From Pseudomonadota bacterium (lineage in GTDB: Bacteria > Pseudomonadota > Gammaproteobacteria > Burkholderiales > SG8-39), in contig JAFEDL010000076.1 of the NCBI GenBank assembly GCA_018241645.1, forward strand, positions 1 to 62,318: DNA of 62,318 nt. Reading direction: 5' to 3'. A program made the translations under genes and the position numbers. Shown here one piece after another: positions 50,796 to 60,285 of the stretch. The notes under the pieces were generated by a model, which saw only the letters and a list, made by a program, of their open reading frames with translations, ran no database searches and was not told the DNA's origin. Within the stretch, counting starts at the first letter, position 1, and each line of letters begins with the position of its first letter.

Positions 50796-51242
50796 CTAGG
50801 GGCGCTTGCCGGGCGCGACGCAGCGGAAATCGCTGGTCGGGTAGCTCGACTCGTTGCACTCCACGTACCGGATGCGCGTTCCCGGCGGGAATGTCCACTG
50901 GAATTCCCGCTGCCGCACGACGGCATACAACGGCGCGGCGACACCGGCCTGCTGGCTGGAGGTCCGCATGCACGGCGCCGTGGCCAGCGTCTTCGACGGG
51001 TGTTCGGCGCACCAGTAGACGATGCGCACGGAGTCGCAGCGATTTTCGAAGACGATGCGGTAGTGCTGGCGGCCGTGATCCCCGAAGCTGGCGATGTCGC
51101 TGGCGTCAACCGTCAGGCGCAGGCACTCCCTTGCTGTGGGGGGCGGAGTGCGGTCGGCGGGTTGGAGATCTGCCGCGGCCAGGCCGGAATAAAGGATCGA
51201 GAAAGCAAGGAGAGGGATCGACAGGCGCGGCATGGGGCGCAT
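50796..51242 (-). CDS. secreted six-cysteine protein of unknown function
   Basis: 148 aa with a signal peptide (LSIPLLAFSILYSGLAAA) and six Cys spread through the mature part. I recognise no family. Confidence 0.5.
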   Translation of the reverse strand: MRPMPRLSIPLLAFSILYSGLAAADLQPADRTPPPTARECLRLTVDASDIASFGDHGRQHYRIVFENRCDSVRIVYWCAEHPSKTLATAPCMRTSSQQAGVAAPLYAVVRQREFQWTFPPGTRIRYVECNESSYPTSDFRCVAPGKRP

Positions 51243-51362
51243 TGGACCAAAAGCGCGCTCCTGCCGTCTATCGTGTTTTGCAAATCCTCAAGAATTCTTG
51301 CAACTCTTTACCTTGACGAGCCGCAGCCGGCATGGCCATTGAATCGCGCCCGCACTTGCAGC

Positions 51363-51731
51363 TCAGCGCGGGCAGGCCCAGCCCACTACCTCGCAACTCT
51401 CGCCGCACAGGCGCAGCGCGCGCGCCTCGGCCTCCTGGCGGGTGGCCCCGCGCGAGGCGACGAATTTCTTCGGGCCATTGGCCACCGCGCCGCAGTCCTT
51501 GCTCAGGCTGGCGACGATTTCGCATTTGGGGTGGCCGCACTGTTTGAGGGCAGCAATCCGCGCGCTGCGGGAATCGCGCGCGTTGACGGCATACCCGAAG
51601 CTGCCCGAGTCGCGGTGGTAGGCGAGCGCGCCCGTGGGCGGATTCTTCGGCGCCGCCCGGACAGCGCCGGGCAGCGCGGCGATTCCCAGCGCAAGCGTTG
51701 CGGCAAGCAGACGAACGGCGCCGTGCGCCAT
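51363..51731 (-). CDS. secreted DUF4189-like cysteine-rich protein
   Basis: The start MAHGAVRLLAATLALGIAALPGAVRA lies inside ORF 51363..53156. The mature part (GSFGYAVNARDSRSARIAALKQCGHPKCEIV...AEARALRLCGESCEVVGWAC) resembles the DUF4189 pattern as I remember it. It is 122 aa. Confidence 0.6.
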   Translation of the reverse strand: MAHGAVRLLAATLALGIAALPGAVRAAPKNPPTGALAYHRDSGSFGYAVNARDSRSARIAALKQCGHPKCEIVASLSKDCGAVANGPKKFVASRGATRQEAEARALRLCGESCEVVGWACPR

Positions 51732-51742
51732 GGCTCCTCCCT

Positions 51743-52420
51743 TCAGGGCAGGCTGCAGCCCTTTTCGCGCAGCATCTTGTCCACCCAGCTGCGGTCCACC
51801 GTGCCGGCCGCAATTGCGGCCAGCGTGGCTTCTTCCTTGTTCTTTTGCGCGACGGTCAATGCGATGACCTGTTCGGCCTCCGCCTGCGAAATCGCGACCA
51901 CCCCGTCCGCGTCGGCGACGATGATGTCGCCCGGGTTCACCACCATGCCGGCGATCGAAACCCGCACGTTGATTTCGCCGGGCCCGTCCTTGTAGGGGCC
52001 GCGATGGGTGACCCCGCAGGCGTACACCGGGAAGTCGCTCGCCGCGATGGCGTCCAGGTCGCGGATCGCGCCGTCGATGATCATGCCGGCGACCCCCCGC
52101 TTCCTCGCGTGGGAGGTCATGATCTCCCCGATGATCGCGTGGTCGAGCGCGCCGCCCGCATCGACGAGGATCACGTCGCCCGGGGCGGCCATGTCGATGG
52201 CCTTGTGGGTCAGCAGGTTGTCGCCGGCCCGGGTCTTCACCGTGAACGCCGTGCCGACCAGTTTTCCGCCGCGGTGATAGGGCCGCAGGCGTGCGCCCGC
52301 GCCGTAGTGGCGCAGCATGTTGTCGCTGATGTTCGAGGTGGGAAGCGCGGCGAACGCTTCCAGCAGGCGCGCTGCGGCCCGGGGAGGCGAGGGCAGTACG
52401 CGGAAACCGATGGTGGACAT
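51743..52420 (-). CDS. RraA-family protein (HMG/CHA-aldolase / oxaloacetate-decarboxylase-like)
   Basis: 225 aa with the RraA-fold blocks GTAFTVKTRAGDNLLTHKAIDMAAPGDVILVDAGG and GVAGMIIDGAIRD. Confidence 0.85.
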   Translation of the reverse strand: MSTIGFRVLPSPPRAAARLLEAFAALPTSNISDNMLRHYGAGARLRPYHRGGKLVGTAFTVKTRAGDNLLTHKAIDMAAPGDVILVDAGGALDHAIIGEIMTSHARKRGVAGMIIDGAIRDLDAIAASDFPVYACGVTHRGPYKDGPGEINVRVSIAGMVVNPGDIIVADADGVVAISQAEAEQVIALTVAQKNKEEATLAAIAAGTVDRSWVDKMLREKGCSLP

Positions 52421-52444
52421 TTCTTGGCCTTCTATCTGGATTGG

Positions 52445-53968
52445 TTACATGGTTGCGCCCAGGACCCACGGTGCGAACTCGTCTTCGCCGTAGCCCCAGG
52501 TTTCGCTTTTCGTTTTCCTGCCTGACGCGGTCTCGAGGATCAGGTCGAAGATCCGGCGGCCGGCCGCCTCGATCGATTCCTTGCCATCCACGATTGTGCC
52601 GCAATTCAGGTCCATGTCCTCTTCCTGGTGGGCAAAGAGCGCGCTGTTGGTCGCGAGCTTGAGGGACGGCGCGGGCTTGCAGCCGTAGGCGGAACCGCGG
52701 CCGGTCGTGAATACGATCATGTTCGCGCCGCCCGCCACCTGGCCGGTGGCCGACACCGGGTCGTACCCGGGCGTGTCCATGTAGTTGAAGCCCCGGATGG
52801 TCATGGGCTGTGCATATTCGAGCACGTCGACGAGGTTGGTCGTGCCGCCCTTGGCCACGGCGCCCAGGGATTTCTCCAGGATCGTGGTGAGCCCGCCGGC
52901 CTTGTTTCCCGGCGAGGGGTTGTTGTTCATCTCGTTGCCGTTGCGGCGGGTGTAGTCCTCCCACCAGCGGATGCGCCGGACGAGCTTCTCCCCGACCTCG
53001 CGGCTCGCGGCGCGGCGCGTGAGGAGATGCTCGGCGCCGTAGATCTCGGGGGTCTCGGACAGGATCGCCGACCCGCCGTGGCGGACCAGCAGGTCCACCG
53101 CGTGGCCGAGCGCGGGGTTGGCCGAAATGCCCGAATACCCGTCCGAACCGCCGCACTGCAGGCCGAGCGTCAGGTGGCTGGCCGGTACGGTCGCGCGCAC
53201 GGCCTTGTTGGCCTCGGGCAGCGCCGCCTCGACCCGGGCGATCCCTTCGCGCACGGCCTTCATCGTGCCGCCCTTGCCCTGGATGGTGAAGGTCGAAAAC
53301 TTGTCGCTGCGCTTGAGTTCCTGGGTGGAAACGAAACTAGAGATCTGGTTCGCCTCGCAGCCCAGCCCCACGACCTGCACCGCGCTGAAATTGGGGTGGC
53401 GCGCATAGCCCGCCATGGTCCGGCGCAGCACGTCCATCGCCTCGCCCTCGGACGCCATCCCGCAGCCGGACTTGTGGGTCAGGGCCACCACGCCGTCCAC
53501 GTTCGGGTACGCGTCCAGCCGGTTCCGGAAATGGTCGGCGATCATGCGCGCCACCGTGGCCGAGCAATTCACGCTCGTGAGGATGCCGATGAAGTTGCGC
53601 GTCGCGACGCGCCCGTCGGCGCGCACGATGCCCTGGAACGTGGCGGCCGGCTGGATGTACTCGGTCGGCTTCCGGTCCACGCAGTAGGCGTAGTCGCGCT
53701 GGAAGTCGCCCATGGCGAGGTTGTGCACGTGGACGTGGTCGCCGGCGGCGATGTCCTGCGAAGCGAACCCGATGATCTGGTCGTAGCGGCGCACGGGCTT
53801 GCCCCTGGCCACCTCGCGGACCGCGATCTTGTGCCCGGCGGGCACGGTGGCGGACACGCGCACATTGCCCTCCTTCACCAGCACGGTGCCGGAGGGTATC
53901 TCGACGCGGGCGATGACGACATCGTCCGCGGGGTTCAGTCGGATGGTCAGGTCGGCGGCTTGCAGCAT
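52445..53968 (-). CDS. UxaA-family sugar-acid dehydratase (altronate/galactarate dehydratase-like)
   Basis: The start MLQAADLTIRLNPADDVVIA gives an N-terminal SAF domain, followed by the large GD_AH_C-type domain (GCEANQ, GGSDGYSG, TPGYDPVSATGQVAGGANMIVFTTGRGS). It is 507 aa. Confidence 0.88.
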   Translation of the reverse strand: MLQAADLTIRLNPADDVVIARVEIPSGTVLVKEGNVRVSATVPAGHKIAVREVARGKPVRRYDQIIGFASQDIAAGDHVHVHNLAMGDFQRDYAYCVDRKPTEYIQPAATFQGIVRADGRVATRNFIGILTSVNCSATVARMIADHFRNRLDAYPNVDGVVALTHKSGCGMASEGEAMDVLRRTMAGYARHPNFSAVQVVGLGCEANQISSFVSTQELKRSDKFSTFTIQGKGGTMKAVREGIARVEAALPEANKAVRATVPASHLTLGLQCGGSDGYSGISANPALGHAVDLLVRHGGSAILSETPEIYGAEHLLTRRAASREVGEKLVRRIRWWEDYTRRNGNEMNNNPSPGNKAGGLTTILEKSLGAVAKGGTTNLVDVLEYAQPMTIRGFNYMDTPGYDPVSATGQVAGGANMIVFTTGRGSAYGCKPAPSLKLATNSALFAHQEEDMDLNCGTIVDGKESIEAAGRRIFDLILETASGRKTKSETWGYGEDEFAPWVLGATM

Positions 53969-53979
53969 GGGTCGGTCCC

Positions 53980-55380
53980 TTAGAAGAATTGGCGCGGCAG
54001 CCAAAGGGAGATGCTAGGCACGTAGGTTATCAGGGCCAGGCTCAGCAGCAAGGGGATCAGCCACGGCAGGATCGCAATCGTGGTGCGTTCCACCGACAGC
54101 TTTGCCACCCGCGCCAGCACGAACAGGACCATGCCCATCGGCGGATGCAGCAGACCGATCATGAGGTTGAGCACCATCACCAGGCCGAAATGCACCGGAT
54201 CGATGCCCAGCTGGTGGCAGATCGGCAGCAGGATCGGGACCAGGATGGTGATCGCCGCGGTCGGCTCGAGGAAGCACCCCACGAACAGCATCAGCAGGTT
54301 GGCCAGCAGCAGGAACACTGCGGGATTGTGCGTGTAGGCGAGCACGGTCGCCGCGACCGCGTCGGTGACCCGGGTGACCGTCAGCAGCCAGCCGAAGATC
54401 GAGGCTGCGGCCACGATGAGCAGTACGGTCGCGGTCGTCTCGACGGTATCCATCGACACCTTGGCCAGCATCTTCCAGTTCAGCGTCCGGTACCACACCA
54501 GGCCGAGGAACATGGCCCACACGCAGGCGGCGATGGCCCCTTCGGTGGCGGTGAAGATCCCGCTGGTCATCCCCCCGATCAGCAGCACCGGGGTCATGAT
54601 CGGCAACACGGCGTTGAAGCGGAAGAAATGGTCGGCGGCCAGCAACGCCGCCATTGCGGCGAAGAAAGTCAGGGCCGGGTCGGTGCCGGCCTCGGTTGCC
54701 GCCCAGATCGCCGTGGGAAACCCGACCACCACCGCAAGCTCGAGCAGGGCCTTGTTGATCTTCCCCCAACTGAAGGAGACGTCGCGCCCCCAGTTGTTCT
54801 TGTGCGCGAAGTAGGCCACGGTCAGCATCATCAGGACCGCCATCACCACGCCCGGGATGATGCCGGCGAGGAACAGCTGCCCCACCGAGACGTTTGCGAA
54901 CATGGCGTAGATCACGAACGGGAGCGACGGGGGGATGATCGGCCCCAGGGTCGCCGATGCGGCAGTCACGCCCACCGAGAACTCCTTTGAGTAGCCGTGG
55001 TCCGTCATGGCCTTGATCTCGATGGTTCCCAGCCCCGCCGCGTCGGCGATGGCCGTCCCGGACATGCCCGCGAAGATCACCGAGCCGATCACGTTCACGT
55101 GGCCGAGGCCCCCCTTCAGCCAGCCGACCAGTGCGAGGGCGAAGTTGTAGATGCGGTTGGTGATCCCCGCCGAATTCATCAGGTTGCCGGCCATGATGAA
55201 GAACGGCACGGCCAGCAGCGGGAAGCTGTCGATCCCGTTGACCATGCGGTGGATCACCACGAAGTCGGGCACCGTGCCGGAAATCATCACGTACAGGAGG
55301 GATGCGCCGGCCATTGCAAGCGCAACCGGCACGCCCGCGCACATCAGCACCAGGAAGGAGATCAGGAGGACGGCGGTCAT
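53980..55380 (-). CDS. TRAP transporter large permease (DctM family)
   Basis: The start MTAVLLISFLVLMCAGVPVALAM lies inside ORF 53980..56559. It is polytopic with DctM-like blocks (FPLLAVPFFIMAGNLMNSAGIT, GHVNVIGSVIFAGMSGTAIAD) and is 466 aa. Confidence 0.9.
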   Translation of the reverse strand: MTAVLLISFLVLMCAGVPVALAMAGASLLYVMISGTVPDFVVIHRMVNGIDSFPLLAVPFFIMAGNLMNSAGITNRIYNFALALVGWLKGGLGHVNVIGSVIFAGMSGTAIADAAGLGTIEIKAMTDHGYSKEFSVGVTAASATLGPIIPPSLPFVIYAMFANVSVGQLFLAGIIPGVVMAVLMMLTVAYFAHKNNWGRDVSFSWGKINKALLELAVVVGFPTAIWAATEAGTDPALTFFAAMAALLAADHFFRFNAVLPIMTPVLLIGGMTSGIFTATEGAIAACVWAMFLGLVWYRTLNWKMLAKVSMDTVETTATVLLIVAAASIFGWLLTVTRVTDAVAATVLAYTHNPAVFLLLANLLMLFVGCFLEPTAAITILVPILLPICHQLGIDPVHFGLVMVLNLMIGLLHPPMGMVLFVLARVAKLSVERTTIAILPWLIPLLLSLALITYVPSISLWLPRQFF

Positions 55381-55961
55381 GCCTTCTCGCTCCCGGCGAC
55401 TTCGGGACGCTCGAGCACGCTGTACCCCTGTCTCCAGTGCTTGACGGCGGTGGTGACCGAGCGAAAGCACATCAGGGCGAATCCGAACAGCACGAACGCG
55501 TAGATGATCCCGATCGGCCAGTCGATGATGGCCATTTGCTGCCGGCCGATCTTGCCCATCAGCAGCCAGGTCAGGTACGCCGCGTACGCGAAGAACACGA
55601 TGCGCACCCCGTCCACGAACGTGGACAGGACGCGCCCCACGGCCGCGGGCATGAAGCGGTAGAAGATGTCGACGTGGATGTGCGTGTTCTTGCGCACCGA
55701 CACCGAAGCGCCCACGAAGACGGTGCAGATCAGCAGGTACCGCGCGATCTCCTCCGTCCAGGACGCGGAGTCGTTCAGCGCGTAGCGGGTGAAGAACTGG
55801 TAGAACACCGTGGCGGCAAGGGCCCAGAACAGCCCGAAGGCCACCCAGTCCTCCCATGCGTACACGGAAATGTCCACCGGCTCGTCCGTGATGTGGAACT
55901 CGCCGTCGGCGCCGAGGATGTGCTCGTTCTCGTCGGCGATGTCCGGTGCGTGAATCGACAT
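55377..55961 (-). CDS. TRAP transporter small permease (DctQ family)
   Basis: 194 aa with four predicted TM helices after an acidic ~35-aa N-terminus. Its stop overlaps the DctM start (ATGA). Confidence 0.85.
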   Translation of the reverse strand: MSIHAPDIADENEHILGADGEFHITDEPVDISVYAWEDWVAFGLFWALAATVFYQFFTRYALNDSASWTEEIARYLLICTVFVGASVSVRKNTHIHVDIFYRFMPAAVGRVLSTFVDGVRIVFFAYAAYLTWLLMGKIGRQQMAIIDWPIGIIYAFVLFGFALMCFRSVTTAVKHWRQGYSVLERPEVAGSEKA

Positions 55962-55985
55962 CGATGTCCCTTCGGCCGGGGCCGG

Positions 55986-57722
55986 CTAGTGGTTGTCCCT
56001 GGGGACCAGCGCCCCGCTCTTGCCGACGAGGAAATCCAGGTCCGCGCCGTCGTTGGCCTGCAGCACGTGGTCGTTGTAGAGCTTCCAGTAGCCGCGCGTG
56101 AGCGGCGGCTTGGGCGCCTTCCACTTCTTGCGGCGCTTCGCGAGCTCTTCCTCGGGCACGAGCAGTTCGAGGCGGCGCTTCGCCACGTCGAGCTCCACCA
56201 TGTCGCCGTTCTCCACCAGCGCAAGGGTGCCCCCGGCGGCGGCTTCCGGCGCCGCGTGCAGGATCACGGTGCCGTACGCCGTGCCGCTCATGCGCGCGTC
56301 CGAAATGCGCACCATGTCGGTGATGCCCTTCTTCAGGAGCCGCGGGGGGAGCGGCATGTTGCCGACCTCGGCCATGCCGGGGTAGCCCTTGGGGCCGCAG
56401 TTCTTCAGCACCATCACGCTGTCGGCGTCGATGGCGAGCTTCGGGTCGTCGATCCGGGTGTGGAAATCCTCGATGTCCTCGAACACCACGGCCCGGCCCT
56501 TGTGCTTCATGAGCCGGGGCGTCGCCGCGGAGGGCTTGATGATCGCGCCGTCGGGGCACAGGTTGCCGCGCAGCACCGCGATGCCGGTGTTCTTCTTGAA
56601 GGGCTTGTCGAAGCTGTGGATCACCTTGCGGTTGTAGCAGGGCGCATCCTTGTTGTTCTCCCAGATCGATTTGCCGTTGACCGTCAGCGCATCCTTGGCG
56701 AGCTTGCCCTTGCGCCCCAGCTCGCGGATCACCGCAGGCAGGCCGCCCGCGTAGTAGAAGTCCTCCATGAGGTACTTGCCGTTCGGCATCAGGTTCACCA
56801 GCGTATGGATGCCGCGGCCGAACTTGTCCCAGTCCTCCAGCCGGAGGTCCACGCCGATCCGGCGCGCGATCGCGATCAGGTGGATCACCGCGTTGGTCGA
56901 GCCGCCGATGGCGGCATTCACGCGGATCGCGTTCTCGAAGGCCTTGCGCGTCAGCACCTTCGACAGGGTGAGCTTTTCACGCACCATCTCCACTGCGCGG
57001 CGCCCCGCCTCGCGAGCGAGCACGTAGCGGCGCGCATCCACTGCGGGGATCGCCGCGTTCCCCGGCATGCCCACGCCGAGCGCCTCGACCATCGAGGCCA
57101 TCGTGGAGGCCGTGCCCATGGTCATGCAGTGCCCGTGCGAGCGGTGCATGCAGGATTCCGCCTCGTGGAATTCGTCCTGCGTGATCTTTCCCGCGCGCAG
57201 GTCCTCGGACATCGACCAGACGTTGGTGCCGGAGCCGATGTCGGTGCCGCGGTACTTGCCCGAAAGCATGGGCCCGCCCGAGACGGCCACGGTGGGAAGG
57301 TCGACGCTTGCCGCGCCCATCAGCAGGGCCGGGGTGGTCTTGTCGCAGCCCACGAGCAGCACGACGCCGTCCAGCGGGTTGCCGCGGATCGATTCCTCGA
57401 CGTCCATGCTGACGAGGTTGCGGTAAAGCATTGCCGTGGGGCGCAGCAGCGTCTCGCCGAGCGACATGACCGGGAACTCCAGCGGGAATCCGCCGGCCTC
57501 CAGCACACCGTCCCGCACATGCTGGGCGATCACCCGGAAGTGCGAGTTGCAGGGCACCAGCTCGGACCACGTGTTGCAGATGCCGATCACCGGGCGGCCG
57601 TCGAACTGGTCGTGCGGGATCCCCTTGTTCTTCATCCAGCTGCGGTAGATGAAGCCGTAGATGTCGTCGCGGCCGAACCACCTGATGCTGCGCAGCGCCG
57701 GGTCCTTCTTCCTGGTTGCCAT
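55986..57722 (-). CDS. IlvD/Edd-family sugar-acid dehydratase (pentonate/hexonate dehydratase-like)
   Basis: The start MATRKKDPALRSIRWFG lies inside ORF 55986..57830. IlvD/Edd blocks are present (CNSHF, LLVGCDKTTPALLMGA, the Fe-S Cys positions, ISDARMSGTAYG). It is 578 aa. Confidence 0.9.
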   Translation of the reverse strand: MATRKKDPALRSIRWFGRDDIYGFIYRSWMKNKGIPHDQFDGRPVIGICNTWSELVPCNSHFRVIAQHVRDGVLEAGGFPLEFPVMSLGETLLRPTAMLYRNLVSMDVEESIRGNPLDGVVLLVGCDKTTPALLMGAASVDLPTVAVSGGPMLSGKYRGTDIGSGTNVWSMSEDLRAGKITQDEFHEAESCMHRSHGHCMTMGTASTMASMVEALGVGMPGNAAIPAVDARRYVLAREAGRRAVEMVREKLTLSKVLTRKAFENAIRVNAAIGGSTNAVIHLIAIARRIGVDLRLEDWDKFGRGIHTLVNLMPNGKYLMEDFYYAGGLPAVIRELGRKGKLAKDALTVNGKSIWENNKDAPCYNRKVIHSFDKPFKKNTGIAVLRGNLCPDGAIIKPSAATPRLMKHKGRAVVFEDIEDFHTRIDDPKLAIDADSVMVLKNCGPKGYPGMAEVGNMPLPPRLLKKGITDMVRISDARMSGTAYGTVILHAAPEAAAGGTLALVENGDMVELDVAKRRLELLVPEEELAKRRKKWKAPKPPLTRGYWKLYNDHVLQANDGADLDFLVGKSGALVPRDNH

Positions 57723-57738
57723 CGGGTTCTCCCCTGGA

Positions 57739-58440
57739 CTAGTAGGTGGCCCTGCCACCGGAAATATCGAACACCCCCGCCGTCGAGAACGAGCAGTCCT
57801 CGGAAGCCAGCCAGCCGACCAGCGCGGCAATCTCGTCGACCTGCACGAACCGGTTCATGGGGATCTTGGAGAGCATGTAATTGATGTGCTGCTCGGTCAT
57901 CTGGTCGAAGATCGCTGTCTTCGCCGCGGCGGGCGTGACGCAGTTCACCAGCACGCCGGTCTGGGCGAGTTCCTTGCCCAGCGACTTGGTGAGCGAGATC
58001 ACGCCGGCCTTCGAGGCCGAGTAGGCGACCGCGTTCGGGTTGCCTTCCTTGCCGGCGACCGAGGCGATATTGACGATCCGGCCGTACCCGGCCTTGACCA
58101 TGTGCGGGGCGACGGCGCGGCAGCAGAGGAACTGGCTGGTGAGGTTGACCGACAGGACTTTCAGCCACTCCTCCACCGGGTAGTCCACGGTGGGCTTGTT
58201 CATGCCGGCGATGCCGGCGTTGTTCACCAGCACGTCGATCCTGCCGAGGTCCGCTACCGCCTTCGCGGTGGCGCGCTCCACCGATCCCGGATCGGCGACG
58301 TCCACCTTGTCGGGGGCATCCAGGTCCCAGATGCGCACCTTTGCGCCCGAGGCCTCGAGGCGCCTGGCGATGGCCGCGCCGATGCCCTGCATGCCGCCGG
58401 TGACGATGGCCGTGCGGCCCTTGAAATCCAGTTGGTTCAT
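57739..58440 (-). CDS. short-chain dehydrogenase/reductase (SDR)
   Basis: 233 aa with TAIVTGGMQGIGAAIA (TGxxxGxG), NNAG and YSASKAG (YxxxK). Confidence 0.9.
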   Translation of the reverse strand: MNQLDFKGRTAIVTGGMQGIGAAIARRLEASGAKVRIWDLDAPDKVDVADPGSVERATAKAVADLGRIDVLVNNAGIAGMNKPTVDYPVEEWLKVLSVNLTSQFLCCRAVAPHMVKAGYGRIVNIASVAGKEGNPNAVAYSASKAGVISLTKSLGKELAQTGVLVNCVTPAAAKTAIFDQMTEQHINYMLSKIPMNRFVQVDEIAALVGWLASEDCSFSTAGVFDISGGRATY

Positions 58441-58446
58441 GCCTTG

Positions 58447-59325
58447 CTACTCCTTCACGGCGCCGGTCATGCCCGACACGTAGTATTCGACGAAGAACGA
58501 GTACAGCACCGCCACCGGCAGGGACCCCAGCAAGGCGCCGGCCATCAGCGCGCCCCAGTGGTACACGTCACCCTCGACCAGTTCGGTGATCACGCCGACC
58601 GGAACCGTCTTCACTTCGGACGAGGACACGAACGTCAGCGCATAGATGAACTCGTTCCAGGACAGCGTGAACGCGAAGATTCCCGCGGAGATGAGCCCCG
58701 GCACCGCCAGCGGCAGGATGATCTTCACCAGGATCTGCCAGCGCGTGGCCCCGTCGATCAGCGCGCATTCCTCGAGCTCATAGGGAATCGAACGGAAGTA
58801 GCCCATCAGCAGCCAGGTGCAGAACGGGATCAGGAAGGTCGGGTAGGTCAGGATCAGCGCCCAGCGCGTGTCGAACAGGCCGAGCTTGAACACGATCGCC
58901 GCGAGCGGGATGAACAGGATCGACGGCGGCACGAGGTAGGCGAGGAAGATCCCCATGCCGGTCAGGCGCGAGCCCTTGAAGCGCAGGCGCTCGATCGCGT
59001 AGGCGGCCAGCACGCTGGAGATCAGCGACACGAAGGTCGACACCACGGAGACGATGATCGTGTTCCACATCCAGTCCGGGTAGGCGGTGTGGAACAGCAG
59101 CTTCTCGAAGTGGGCGAGCGTCGGGGAGTGGATCCAGAACGGGTTCGCCGCCTTGCTGAGCAGCTCCGCGTCCGGCTTGAACGCCGTCATCCCCATCCAG
59201 TAGAACGGGAACAGCAGCACGAACAGGAACACCAGCACCGGGATGTAGGTCACCACCCAGCGCCGCGGCAGCGAGTCCAGGTAGTCCATGCCGCCTTCCG
59301 ACGCGGCCTTTTCCTTTTCGCTCAT
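58447..59325 (-). CDS. carbohydrate ABC transporter permease
   Basis: The start MSEKEKAASEG lies inside ORF 58447..60117. It has the EAA-type loop ELEECALIDGATRWQILVKIILPLAVPG and is 292 aa. Its ATG overlaps the upstream permease stop. Confidence 0.9.
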   Translation of the reverse strand: MSEKEKAASEGGMDYLDSLPRRWVVTYIPVLVFLFVLLFPFYWMGMTAFKPDAELLSKAANPFWIHSPTLAHFEKLLFHTAYPDWMWNTIIVSVVSTFVSLISSVLAAYAIERLRFKGSRLTGMGIFLAYLVPPSILFIPLAAIVFKLGLFDTRWALILTYPTFLIPFCTWLLMGYFRSIPYELEECALIDGATRWQILVKIILPLAVPGLISAGIFAFTLSWNEFIYALTFVSSSEVKTVPVGVITELVEGDVYHWGALMAGALLGSLPVAVLYSFFVEYYVSGMTGAVKE

Positions 59326-60227
59326 TTGTCGCTCGCGCCCTGTTGCCAGGCGCGCCTCTGGAGGCCGAAGTAGCTGAACAGGATCGCGGCGAGCAGGAAC
59401 GGCACCATGGCCGTGGCGAGCGCCGCGCCTTCGCCGAGCGCGCCGCCCGGGATCGCGCGCTGGAACGAGAGCGTCGCCATAAGGTGGGTGGCGTTCAGCG
59501 GCCCCCCGCGCGTGAGCACGTAGATCAGCTGGAAGTCGGTGAAGGTGAACAGCACCGAGAAGGTCATGACCACGGCGATGATCGGGGTGAGCATGGGCAG
59601 GGTGACGTGCCAGAAGCGCTGCCATTCGGTGGCGCCGTCGAGCGAGGCCGCCTCGTACAGGGAGGCCGGGATGGTCTGCAGGCCGGCGAGCAGCGTGATC
59701 GCCACGAACGGCACGCCGCGCCAGACGTTGGCGGCGATGGTCGACAGGCGCGCGAGCCAGGGCTCGCCGAGGAAATCCACGTAGGTGGTGATCAGGCCCA
59801 TCTTGACCAGCGCCCACGAGAGGACCGAGAACTGGGCGTCGTACAGCCACCAGAACGCGATCGCGGACAGGGCCGTGGGGACGATGAACGGCAGCAGCAC
59901 GATCGCGCGCAGGAACGCCTTGAACGGCAGGTTCTTGTTGAGCAGCAGCGCGAGCCACAGGCCGAGGACGAACTTGATCACGCTCGCCACCACGGTATAG
60001 AAGAGGGTGTTGAACAGCGACAGACGGGCCACCGAGTCGCCGAACAGGAATTCGTAGTTGTCCAGCCCGACCCACACGCCGTCGCGGCCGATCTTGGTGT
60101 CGGTGAAGCCGAGCCATGTGCCCAGGCCCAGCGGGTAGGTGAGGAAGACGATCAGCAGCGCGCCCGCCGGCAGCATGAACAGCAGCCCGAGCACGTTGCG
60201 GTTGTCGAAAAAGCGGGAGAGGCTCAC
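59322..60227 (-). CDS. carbohydrate ABC transporter permease
   Basis: 301 aa with the EAA loop YEAASLDGATEWQRFWHVTLPML and six TM segments. Confidence 0.9.
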   Translation of the reverse strand: MSLSRFFDNRNVLGLLFMLPAGALLIVFLTYPLGLGTWLGFTDTKIGRDGVWVGLDNYEFLFGDSVARLSLFNTLFYTVVASVIKFVLGLWLALLLNKNLPFKAFLRAIVLLPFIVPTALSAIAFWWLYDAQFSVLSWALVKMGLITTYVDFLGEPWLARLSTIAANVWRGVPFVAITLLAGLQTIPASLYEAASLDGATEWQRFWHVTLPMLTPIIAVVMTFSVLFTFTDFQLIYVLTRGGPLNATHLMATLSFQRAIPGGALGEGAALATAMVPFLLAAILFSYFGLQRRAWQQGASDK

Positions 60228-60285
60228 TGGGATTCCGTCGCGTGGAAAAACCGGGGCGCGGCCTGCGCCGCGCCCCGGGCCGTCC

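Noticed and set aside
51289-51300. 12-bp perfect palindrome CAAGAATTCTTG flanked by TTGCAA repeats, upstream of the six-cysteine protein gene
   Set aside because: It is short and contains a simple EcoRI-type palindrome. I could not place convincing -35/-10 or -24/-12 elements around it, so it is not strong enough to call an operator.
51322-51340. TGGCCATGCCGGCTGC on the minus strand resembling a sigma-54 promoter
   Set aside because: The GG-to-GC spacing is one nucleotide too long relative to the -24/-12 consensus, and no activator gene is nearby.
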